Below, piece by piece: positions 1 through 8,575 of a DNA stretch of 14,444 nt. The position numbers were made by a program, and so were the translations under genes. Each line of letters opens with the position of its first letter. The first letter of the stretch is position 1. Origin of the DNA: Acytostelium subglobosum (taxonomy: Eukaryota); contig NW_012236516.1 of the NCBI RefSeq assembly GCF_000787575.1, positions 470,535-484,978 of the forward strand, in the 5' to 3' direction. The notes under the pieces are model-generated. The model searched no databases. It saw only the letters and a program-made list of their open reading frames with translations, and was not told where the DNA came from.

Positions 1-212
1 AGGCCAACGCCTACCTGCAAAAGACACTGGAGGCACAGCGCAAGCGCAATGAGCAGGAGCTATTGTTGAAGGCTCAGTCAGACAAGGACAAAGAGGTCAA
101 CAAGCTGAAGGATCAACAAAACAGAGAGGAGGACAAGAAGAAGAAGGCAGTGCAGGAGAAGAAGAGAGTACAAGAGGCCATGCAAAAGAGTGCAGAGATG
201 TATGACCAATAA
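1..212 (+). CDS. 3' terminal fragment of an unknown, highly charged coiled-coil protein. Frame begins at nt 3 and the stop TAA is at 210-212.
   Basis: Open frame from the window edge reads ANAYLQKTLEAQRKRNEQELLLKAQSDKDKEVNKLKDQQNREEDKKKKAVQEKKRVQEAMQKSAEMYDQ*. The K/E/Q-rich heptad-like composition is typical of a coiled-coil tail. No domain recognised, and the 5' part lies outside the window. Confidence 0.45.
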   Translation, partial: ANAYLQKTLEAQRKRNEQELLLKAQSDKDKEVNKLKDQQNREEDKKKKAVQEKKRVQEAMQKSAEMYDQ

Positions 213-230
213 TAAAGTAATCAATCAATC

Positions 231-270
231 AACATCATCATCATTCCGACGATCAATGATGATGATGATG
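231..270. repeat. Perfect inverted repeat: (CAT)4-5 arm, 9-nt loop, (ATG)4-5 arm.
   Basis: aacatcatcatcatt-ccgacgatc-aatgatgatgatgatg. The stem is 13-14 bp with no mismatches and lies in the 128-bp gap between two convergent stop codons (212 and 341). Confidence 0.85.
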
Positions 271-340
271 ATATATATATATATGAAAGAGACGAACGAC
301 AAACGATCAAGATGATGTATTTGGTACAGGTACATGTTAT

Positions 341-1542
341 TTATTCGGATGTTACAGTGGCCACCCTCTTGTAGACGAGATACGAGATGAGTAGGAATAG
401 TACCACGATCGCAGTGTCAATGAATGCTGTGGACTGTCTGGTGATCGATGTGATCCTGGTGGGTGGTGGCCTCACTACGTTTGGCTTTGTCTCGACAACG
501 ACTGCTGCCGCCACCGCTGCCGCCTGGTCAGGTGCTCCCTGGACTTGTGCCTCAGCAACAACGACATCTTCGTCATGGGCAACAGCATTAGTTCTATGTA
601 CAAGCGTCGCCTGTTGCTGCTGTTGCTCTGGGTTGGACTCTATTGATGTTGTTGAAGTTGTTGTAGATGTAGTTGTTGGTTCTACTTGTGTATGTAATGA
701 TGATGAGGATGATGAAGGGTGCGCTGTATCTACGTGAGTGTCGGGTGAATGAACATGGGCATGTTGAGTGCCGTCCATGCTTGGGTCATCCTCGTCTGTT
801 ATCTTATCCTCTGTTGGTATAAGATGACTTGCTGCTGCTGGTGTCGCTGTTGCCGTTGTTGAAGTTGTAGTTGTCGTAGTAGTTGTTGATGTTGTTGCAT
901 TGGTATTTGATTGATTTGAAGTAGGCTGTACATTTGGCAATGCAGTCCTATTGTGAACGCCACACTTTGCGCACTTCCAATCCAAGCTCCTCTTTGCCAA
1001 CACTATTCTCTCCTCCTTTGTATAGTCGAGTGAGCCCACGGCACCCTTGCCCTCTGTCATCATAAAGCCAATGAGAGCAACCAACACTGTACGAACTATT
1101 GATCGGTTAATTGATGAATGAGTTAGTGATGTATATCGATACCAATGATGACCATTCATATACATACTGCTCCAAGATGGCATCCATGTCTCTGGATGAT
1201 GAGCTGAGATTGACAAACATATCTTTACATCAACGCTAAATCTTCCATTGGGCTGTGCATATGCTTATAAGTTAGTATTCATTCAATATCATATCAACTA
1301 TATGAGGTACTCACAGTTAATAAGACAATGTTGGGTGGCTTGAAGGGATAGTCTGGCGGCAGTAATATCCTGCCATGATAGATGCCACCTTCAAACTCTG
1401 TATCCTGTGCACCTCTAATTGTAAAGTGCCATTCAAACATATTATCCTCAAGTGGGAATGCCGTGTAATCTGGTGAGGAATCCTGCTTGATCTCCTGAGT
1501 CTCACGCATAATCCTCTTTAATGCAGAGTTGTTTGTATTCAT
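341..1542 (-). CDS. UBC6: Ubiquitin-conjugating enzyme E2 J1/UBC6-type, ER tail-anchored E2. Three exons on the minus strand: 1315..1542, 1168..1252, 341..1095. About 355 aa.
   Basis: Exon 1 (MNTNNSALKRIMRETQEIKQ...EWHFTIRGAQDTEFEGGIYHGRILLPPDYPFKPPNIVLLT) is a UBC fold with the HPN-less Ubc6 signature. Intron 1 runs GTGAGT...CAG (plus 1253..1314). Exon 2 is PNGRFSVDVKICLSISAHHPETWMPSWS, matching the Ubc6/UBE2J catalytic Cys region (RLCLS...HPDTWNPAWS). Intron 2 (plus 1096..1167) has a GTATGT donor, a CACTAAC branch and a AATAG acceptor. Exon 3 continues IRTVLVALIGFMMTEGKGAVGSLDYTKEERIVLAKRSLDWKCAKCG, matching UBE2J1 SLDYTPEERRALAKKS-DF-C-GCG. After a Thr/Ser/Gln-rich linker it ends in a C-terminal hydrophobic tail anchor, AIVVLFLLISYLVY. 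ATG is the complement of 1540-1542; the stop is the complement of 341-343. Confidence 0.85.
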
Positions 1543-2298
1543 TATTATGTTTTGTTATCCTTTAAATAAATAATATATAGAGAGATAGATAGATAGATAG
1601 ATAGAGATAATGAAGGGATTGTTTAATTGAGTTGGGTTGGTTAGATGTGAGTATGAAAAGGAGATTGAGTGCTCCACTCCTGGTTTGGTTGGTTTTCAGA
1701 AAAACGCACAACTTGGCTAGAGATGTGTGAGTGCCTCGTCACCCTGCTTTGCTGCGTTGTCGAACCATCTAATGTCAGTGTGTTGTTCAAAGATGTGTGT
1801 GTGTATGTACGTTTATTTATTTGTTTGTTTGTATAAGTTATAACAATGGTGTTGTATACAACGTTGTATACAAAATTGGCTATGGAATTGATTTTCCCAT
1901 TACTGGCCTTTGATCAAAGGCCTAAACTTTTAATTGAGATCAATCAAATTTATCATTGAATGTAATAAATGCTAAGAGTACATGTTGGGGTATTACCATA
2001 CCATCATCATCATTAAATGATTGGATACATCTTGAATCAAGATATGTTATCTGTCTGCTCTTGTTTATCCCGCTCTTTTTTCAAAATGTTGGAGATTATG
2101 AACCCTTTTTGGGAGTTCAAACACAAATGAAAGAACACACAAGTTCATCAAGTTGCTCACACACACCAATCGTTAAGTTATCAGCATGCTTTGAACATAT
2201 ACATATACTTTTGAAAAGATAGATAGATAGAAAATATATTATTGATATTTGATTGATTGTTATATATAGTTAGATAGAGCAGAGTGATAATAAGAAAT
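1543..2298. promoter_or_regulatory. Divergent (head-to-head) intergenic promoter region between UBC6 (minus strand) and ANP32 (plus strand). Contains two (GATA)n microsatellites.
   Basis: 756 bp separate the two start codons, 1542 on the minus strand and 2299 on the plus strand. The region is AT-rich with TATATA elements at 1573-1578 and 2261-2269. (AGAT)n runs sit at 1583-1609 and 2218-2232. Confidence 0.4.
1583..1609. repeat. (AGAT/GATA)n tetranucleotide microsatellite.
   Basis: agatagatagatagatagatagagata read directly. Confidence 0.9.
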
Positions 2299-3629
2299 AT
2301 GGAAAGTGTTATTCAAGCAAAGATTGGAAGTAGAGACCCAAAGGACATACAACAGTTGGCGTTTGATCTAAAACGAATTCAGAGTCTTGCAGAGCTAGCA
2401 CCCTGTCAACAGTTGGAGATACTATCACTCAACAACTGTTTCCTACAGTCAATCGATACACTACCTACATTACCAAAGTTAAAGAAGGTACATTCATTCA
2501 TTCAATCAATCAATCATAATGTATATCACATCACTAACATTCATTCATTCGATATACATTAGCTTGAACTAAATGACAATAAAATATCAACTGGATTGAA
2601 GGTGTTGGAGAATTGTGTAGCATTGGAATCACTTAGTCTAAGTGGCAATCTGATAAAGACACATGAGGACTTGGAACCTTTGGTATGATGAACAGCTTGG
2701 ATACATGTGGGATGACGATTGAATGAGTGTACTAATGCATGCACTACTACAACAGAGTCATCTAAAGAAGTTGAGATACTTGGACTTGTTTGGATGTCCA
2801 GTCACTATATTGCCAAACTACTCAAAGAACATATTCAAGTTGATACCATCTTTGATAGTATTGGATGGATTCAATAAGTATGGTCATCATCATCCTTTGG
2901 ATGACTTCAGACATGTATACGTGACTCTAACAATCAATCTAATCAATCAATCACAAATACAGACATGGACAAGAAGTAGACATGGAGGATGACGATGAGG
3001 AGGATATCGATGATGATGATCAAGAGGATGAAGGAGAATTTGATGATATCATAGATGATGATGAGGAGGAAGAGGATGATGAGAACCCAACTACAAATGG
3101 ACATGGTACAAATGGTGGACAACAAGAAGAGGATGATGAGGATGAAGAGGACGAAGAGGAAGAGGAGGAAGAAGAAGAAGAAGAGGAGGGCGACGAATCA
3201 GCAGAGGACCATGTACATGTCCCAACAACAACCACATCAACATCATCAACAACTACAACATCTACATCATCGACAACAACTACAACATCAACTGCACCAT
3301 CATCATCCAGCAAGAAGAAGCGACCTGCACAGGACTCTGATGAGTCGTCCAATGAGGACTCGGATCAGGACTACGTGCCCTCGGAGGAGAGCAGCGACGA
3401 GGAGGAAGAGGACGAAGACTCCATCTACGAAGAGGAGGAAGAGGAAGAATACGTCGATGACTATGGCGATGAGGACAAGCTGGTGGCACACTACAAGGCG
3501 CTGCGAGATGCCGGTGTCAAGCCTGGCGAGGAAATTGGAGATGACAGTGACGAAGACGAGGCAGAGGTTGGCAGCAAGAGGAAGATATCATCATCCTCCA
3601 ATCAGCCAACGAAGAAGCCATCACACTAG
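2299..3629 (+). CDS. ANP32: Acidic leucine-rich nuclear phosphoprotein 32 (ANP32/LANP) family protein. Four exons: 2299..2487, 2563..2682, 2756..2877, 2963..3629. About 365 aa.
   Basis: Spliced product ...TLPKLKK|LELNDNKISTGLKVLENCVALESLSLSGNLIKTHEDLEPL|SHLKKLRYLDLFGCPVTILPNYSKNIFKLIPSLIVLDGFNK|HGQEV-DMEDDDEEDIDDDDQEDEGEFDD... aligns with ANP32A [24 protein letters not shown]...[56 protein letters not shown] (LRR plus LRRcap). A very long poly-Glu/Asp tail and a poly-Thr/Ser stretch follow. The C-terminal KKKRPAQDSDESS...SKRKISSS reads as a basic NLS. Intron donors are GTACAT, GTATGA and GTATGG. Branch sites are TCACTAAC and TACTAAT. Exon phases are consistent. Stop TAG at 3627-3629. Confidence 0.8.
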
Positions 3630-4014
3630 TCCATCCTCCTGGCAACATCAATCAATGCACATGACTATTGTCATTCACTCAATCAATCAATCATTAATGA
3701 TGAAAAACACCATACCTACCCATTTGGGTTAGTGTTATAATTAAACAATATCCAGTTCCAAAGAACGTTGATCAATTATCCAGGATTGATGGATGTAAAT
3801 GACGAACTTCGTTTCAAACACCAAACTTTATTTTATTTTATTTTTTCAATTTGAGGTTACGTTTTGCGAGGATGGTGTGAGCTGGACTGAGGTATCCACT
3901 CGCGAATGGTGGTCTCGCCTCGCTGTGTGCGAGCAAGTGTGGATTGATGAAAGACACTCCAACAAGTAGTATTCTTCTTCACAGCTTAGGTTAATACACA
4001 CAACTCATCACACA

Positions 4015-4619
4015 ATGGTATGATTCAGGTCAACTAGATTGTCATCAGACTCAATCGATAGGATTAGGATTGGATTAAGGATAGGATGCGACATTCATAC
4101 ATGTTGGATATGTGATGGATGGATTGGGATATATCTCGCGCGCACGATACGAACAGCAGACAGATGACAGAGTGAAGATGTAAAGGATACATTGGCTAAT
4201 CAATTCATATCATGTTATAACATCAAACAATAGGCCAAGAGAACCAAGAAAGTCGGAATTGTTGGAAAGTACGGTACGAGATACGGTGCCTCTTTGAGAA
4301 AGCAGGTTAAGAAGATGGAGATTACCCAACACGCCACCTACACCTGCTCTTTCTGTGGAAAGGTAAAGATCGCGATCATCACATATGATGACACAACTGG
4401 CCTCCCCATCACCAATGGCATAACTCTAACACATCTTAATCAACACCAATCATCAATCAAATCAAACTAAAACAGGATGCTGTCAGAAGAGCTTCCGTTG
4501 GTATCTGGAGCTGCAGTGGATGCAGAAAGACTTTGGCTGGAGGTGCCTGGACCATGAGCACTGCCGCTGGTGCCACCGTCAGATCTACCATCCGTCGTCT
4601 TCGTGAGTTGAACGCTTAA
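4015..4619 (+). CDS. RPL37A: 60S ribosomal protein eL43 (L37a). Three exons: 4015..4017 (ATG only), 4234..4362, 4476..4619. 91 aa.
   Basis: ATG|GTATGA at 4015-4023, then ...CAATAG|GCCAAGAGAACCAAG gives [44 protein letters not shown]. Intron 2 runs GTAAAG...AAAACAG. Exon 3 is [47 protein letters not shown]. The match to L37a is near-identical, including the C4 zinc ribbon CSFCGK...CSGC. An ATG-only first exon is a common ribosomal-protein gene layout. Confidence 0.92.
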
Positions 4620-4699
4620 ACGCGCGAGCCTTCCTCCAACTTTAGAAGTAACTCCCTTTGTCCAAAGAAGAGTGTGTGTGTCTAAATTAATAAACCTTT

Positions 4700-5020
4700 G
4701 AATACCATCCTCTCTGGTTGTCCTTCTTCTTTCTTCCTTCCTGTCCATCCTTCCTTGTCCATCCATCCTTCAGTCATTCAACCTCCAGTTGGCAACTTGT
4801 ATTGTCAAAGTGCTGGAGTTTGTTTGCTTCGAAATGGACTATTTCCAACTTTGTAGCATGTGTGTGTGTGTGTCCTTTGCGAACCACTTTCCCCTTTCAA
4901 TTTCCCATTCAATGAACACCAACAAACAGATACACACACACTACACTTACTTACTCACTTATACAACTCACACTTACACATACTTACACTTACTACTTAC
5001 TTATATACTTATATTGGATA
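4700..5020. repeat. Low-complexity block between RPL37A and the next gene. It comprises a pyrimidine (CT/CCTT) tract at about 4705-4790, a (GT)7 run at 4858-4874 and an ACTTAC/CACA-rich stretch at 4915-5015.
   Basis: Read directly: ccttcttctttcttccttcctgtccatccttccttgtccatccatccttc, then atgtgtgtgtgtgtgtcc, then acacacacactacacttacttactcacttatacaactcacacttacacatacttacacttactacttacttat. Confidence 0.8.
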
Positions 5021-5029
5021 CGATGAGGA

Positions 5030-7784
5030 ATGTCTTGGAAACATGAATTGGAATCATTGGTCCGTGTGGCATCAATGCCTACTTCAAGATTGAAGAGTTT
5101 GGCACTTTCATTAAGATCACATATTGAGAAGAGTACATCTGTAAGTCAAGACAATCATGACAGATGTGAATGTCCAAATGATGGATCAATATAACATTCA
5201 GAGATCACTCACTCACTTCATATCATTGTATGCAGTATGTGAATTACTATATTGGCTCAGTGAATGAGTGTCTGAGACATTGCAATCCAGAACATATACT
5301 CAACTCTCTATATGCGATCGATGCCATAATGAGAGATCTGAGGCATTCTCCACAGACACAAATGTATGATACATTGATGATTTATTGAATGAGTGAGTGA
5401 TGGACACAAGGATGCTGACCACACATCTCCTCATTCTTTACATAGATACACGATGATGGAAGGTGAGTTGACAAATGTATTACTTGCCAATGAGAAAAAG
5501 ATATTGGAGACTATTCCCCAGGATTATTGTGTATGTTATATGGAAGTGTTAGATGGAATGGAACTCCAATCATTCATTAATCCTGGTAATCAATCAAATA
5601 ATAGACAAAGTTCATTAAGTTATTGGATATCTGGGTGAATAAGAAGTTGTTCCCGATGGAGTTAAATAGAAAGTGGATCAATAGGATCATGACAGACTTG
5701 GATGTGGAGTTGACCGAACCTACATCATCATCATCAGTGTCCAATCACCAACACAATCAAGACACAATCATGGCTAGGGCCATGACTAGGACTACAACTA
5801 CAACCACCTCGACCGCGACAAATGTTTCATCAATGATGGGCGACAGTCACAAAAGAAAGTTAAGCTCATCTGATGAGGATGAGGATGACAATCCATTGGA
5901 GTTTCTGATGGAAGACGATAGTGATGATAGTCAAGATGATAATCCAGATGTCGTGCGTGTTGGAATGCTGGCCAAATCCAGAGCAAAGAAAAGAATAAGG
6001 AAGACTGGCCTCACAAAACAACGGTCATCCGACCTCCTCGACATGTCCAGTCTCAACAACGTCCGTAACATGTCATTACATACCTCCCTACTCGACCTTC
6101 CCAATGAGATCATCAGCAAGATCCTCCTTGATCTCGATGTCCTGGAAATACTCCGCATCTCATTCGTGTCAAGGTATGTCATGCCGTGTCGTGTCAGCTG
6201 ATGGCGCGCCAACTAACATCAACCAATCAACAACCTAGGTTCTTCAATGAGTTCATTCGATATTGTACATTCTGGAGAGTGTTGAGCTTCAACAATGTGA
6301 TCATATCAGAGTTGTGTCTAAACACAACGATCAAGTCTTATGGACATTTGGTGGTCAAGTTGGATCTGTCATTCTGCAACTACGTCTCACACAGCTCAAT
6401 CAAGACCATTGTCAACAATTGCACACAACTCCAATCAGTGTCCATGTGCAGATGTCCACTGTCCGACGACGACATTGTCGAAGTGCTCAAACTGAAACAA
6501 CTTCGCAAGTTGAACGTATCACAATCCAACTACTCATTCTACATCCTTGACTGCATTCTCAACCACCGCGGTATCACAAACCTCAACATAGCGTATGTCC
6601 ATGGATACTGGAACATCACCATGGTCATACTCATTCTAACTCTACCCCACCATCACCAGTTGCAGCCATATGTTGTTGAATAGATTGTTTATGAAGTGCA
6701 CAGATAAGCTGCCGGCTGGATTGAGGAAGCTCAACATTGATTGCTACTGCTCCAACTTCTTTAGTTCGGTGGTCGGCGAGGCCGTCGAACAAATAATCAC
6801 AAACAATCAAGAGACATTGAAGATGGTCACACTCCACCATGCCCTGTCAATCGAGAAGATACCCAGAGGTGTCAAGCTGAGGACCACCAACCTCTGGAAG
6901 TACGTCAAGTTCAACGACTATGCCTCCACCAAGGAGGCCTTGCATGGCATCAAGAAGAAAGTGTTGGACAGGAGATATCACAATGGAAACACATCCATCT
7001 ACGTAAGCTCAATCAATCATTCATTCAATAATCAATCACTTACTCACTCACCCAATCAATCAATCCAACTTGTTTAGCAAGCATCAGAGGAGGGCAAGGT
7101 ACAACTGTTACAGTTGTTGATCAATGCTCGAGCGGACCATTCAATATGTAATTATTATGGAATATCTCCAATCATGGTATCCAAGGATATAACAACTACC
7201 AAGGTCTGGATATCGAGTGGAATCAAACCAAACTTACAAATAGAGAGTGAGTAGGATGTGGACTTGAACGCACATGGCCATGTCTAACTCATCCATCAAT
7301 CAATCACAGAGGAGTTCTTGGCAGTCATACCAATTTTGGAGAAGTATTACAAGTATTTAAAGTCCAACATACAAGAGCATCCATCAATCAATGAAGTACA
7401 ATCATCTGATGTCAATCTCATACTGACATTACTAAAGAATGAACAAAAGTATGCATTCAAGAGTGATGTCATCAGTCTTGCTCGTATACTATTGGCATCA
7501 TTCTTGAAGATACCATCATTGTTAAAGACGTATGTATCCTCCTCTACCTTCACACATAACGGCATCAATCATATGACTAACATAACAACAATGGTAATTA
7601 ATATAGTATGATCAATGGAGATAATCTACATCACAAACAACAACAACAACAACAACCAAACATTACCACACGATCATTGGTATTTAGTACTATTGGCAAT
7701 GATATATTCTTCCAGACATTGATGCCATATCTAAAGAAGGCACAACAGAAGATAGTTCTGTTGGACCTCCTCGAGTTGGAGTAA
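5030..7784 (+). CDS. Large multi-exon gene encoding an N-terminal CID (RNA polymerase II CTD-interacting, Nrd1/SCAF8/Pcf11-type) domain fused in frame to an F-box and Cys-containing LRR/ankyrin-like repeats. Proposed exons: 5030..5140, 5236..5363, 5446..5530, 5605..6173, 6239..6592, 6660..7002, 7078..7246, 7310..7529, 7607..7784. About 718 aa.
   Basis: Exons 1-4 give MSWKHELESLVRVASMPTSRLKSLALSLRSHIEKSTS|YVNYYIGSVNECLRHCNPEHILNSLYAIDAIMRDLRHSPQTQ|IYTMMEGELTNVLLANEKKILETIPQDYC|TKFIKLLDIWVNKKLFPMELNRKWINRIM... This aligns with the SCAF8/Nrd1 CID core SVEKFIQKCKPEYKVPGLYVIDSIVRQSRHQ...KIVRVLNLWQKNNVF. The same exon 4 frame runs through a poly-Thr linker and an acidic patch. A basic KSRAKKRIRK stretch follows, then a canonical F-box, LLDLPNEIISKILLDLDVLEILRISFVSR|FFNEFIRYCTFWRVL, with no stop. 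Exon 5 carries FBXL-type repeats (LDLSFCNYVSHSSIKTIVNNCTQLQSVSMCRCPLSDDDIVEVLKLKQLRKLNVS). Later exons are ankyrin-like (KVQLLQLLINARADHSICNYYGISPIMV). All junctions use GTAAGT/GTATGT/GTGAGT donors, TAAC branch motifs and AG acceptors, and every exon phase closes. Stop TAA at 7782-7784. The exon 6-9 boundaries and the single-gene interpretation are less certain than the CID and F-box exons themselves. Confidence 0.5.
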
Positions 7785-7878
7785 AGTACATTCTCTTCCA
7801 AGGTCAATTCATTCAGTCATTCGACCGGACATTGTCATTTAACAACGATCACGATCGCACATGGCATTGGCTAATTCC

Positions 7879-7922
7879 ATCACTTATTCATTCACTCATT
7901 CACTCATTCATTCATTCGTTCA
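7879..7922. repeat. CATTCA/CTCATTCA tandem low-complexity repeat.
   Basis: cattcactcattcactcattcattcattcgttcatc read directly. It belongs to the same repeat family seen in many introns of this window. Confidence 0.8.
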
Positions 7923-8313
7923 TCAAACCACGTGTGTCTCTTTAGCCACGTTGAGCGTTAACTATGGAAGCCCCTTATCCAAAGTCACACAACCAACAAG
8001 GCTCTTGCCCGGGCTTGTGATCTCCATCGTAGAACAAACCAGGTTCCCTCACATGTGATTTGACGATCGACATCAAGATCAACAACAGCAACCTTTTGTA
8101 TTATCATCATGGAACTTGGACGTGTCGGGGAATTGTTTGGATTAGATTCACACACATCCATGTCCCCACCCAGATCACTCTTTTGGCTAAAGATACCTAA
8201 TACCAGGGCTGCATCCTGATTTTCTAAAAATGAACGTCAAGGAATTGAAGGTGAGTTAGTGAGTTGGGGGAGCGAAGGAGGAGGTGAAGGGGTCTATTGA
8301 AAATTTGATGGCG

Positions 8314-8320
8314 TGAGTCA
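8314..8320. promoter_or_regulatory. Consensus AP-1/GCN4-type site TGAGTCA, about 260 bp upstream of the bZIP gene ATG. ACGTGG lies 8 bp downstream of it.
   Basis: gcgTGAGTCAttgtgcaACGTGGtcac read directly. Function not testable from sequence. Confidence 0.25.
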
Positions 8321-8575
8321 TTGTGCAACGTGGTCACTCACCTCAAATCCTCTCAAGCTACGTCTGCATCTCATTTATTTCAAATTTTCTCAAACAAATA
8401 CGCACACATCCTCACTATCTCTTTTGATTGAGCGTCTTGTCTCTCATTCATTCATTAATTAATTAATAATAATAATAATATATACCTATTACCAATAAAG
8501 AGATCCCTTAATAAATTATTATTATAATACAAACAAACAAACAAACAACATATATACATACACAACAAACAAACA

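Noticed and set aside
387-737. 116-aa plus-strand ORF (MSRNSTTIAVSMNAV...) from the track.
   Set aside because: It lies antisense to UBC6 exon 3. It is generated by the reverse complement of the Thr/Ser codon repeats, which gives Val/Gly/Cys-rich low complexity. No start context or homology.
1956-2222. 88-aa plus-strand ORF inside the UBC6-ANP32 intergenic region.
   Set aside because: AT-rich with no recognisable domain. It starts in the middle of the divergent promoter and ends in a (GATA)n repeat. Most likely non-coding.
2943-3732. Several overlapping track ORFs in both strands across 2943-3732 (e.g. 3055..3732 plus strand, which is K/R/M-rich; 3020..3352 minus strand, which is poly-Ser; 3303..3491 minus strand).
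   Set aside because: All are alternate-frame or antisense readings of the GAG/GAT/ACA repeat DNA that encodes the ANP32 acidic/Thr tail. Only the 2982..3629 frame continues the LRR exons in phase.
4018-4475. Possible intron-hosted snoRNA in the RPL37A introns, given an AUGAUGA C-box-like motif at 4385-4391.
   Set aside because: No matching D box (CUGA) or terminal stem was found in either intron. Also no H/ACA hairpin-hinge-hairpin layout was apparent by eye. Left as a check under the RPL37A finding rather than called.
4467-4766. 99-aa minus-strand ORF.
   Set aside because: Antisense to RPL37A exon 3 and its 3' UTR. The opposite-strand L37a reading is unambiguous.
7779-8058. Alternative 3' extension of the CID/F-box gene using the AG|GTAAAG donor at 7781, and track ORF 7861..8058.
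   Set aside because: Splicing from 7781 to the best acceptor (ctctttag at about 7945) reaches a stop within 5 codons. The TAA at 7782-7784 is the simpler terminus. ORF 7861..8058 has no homology and overlaps the CATTCA repeat.
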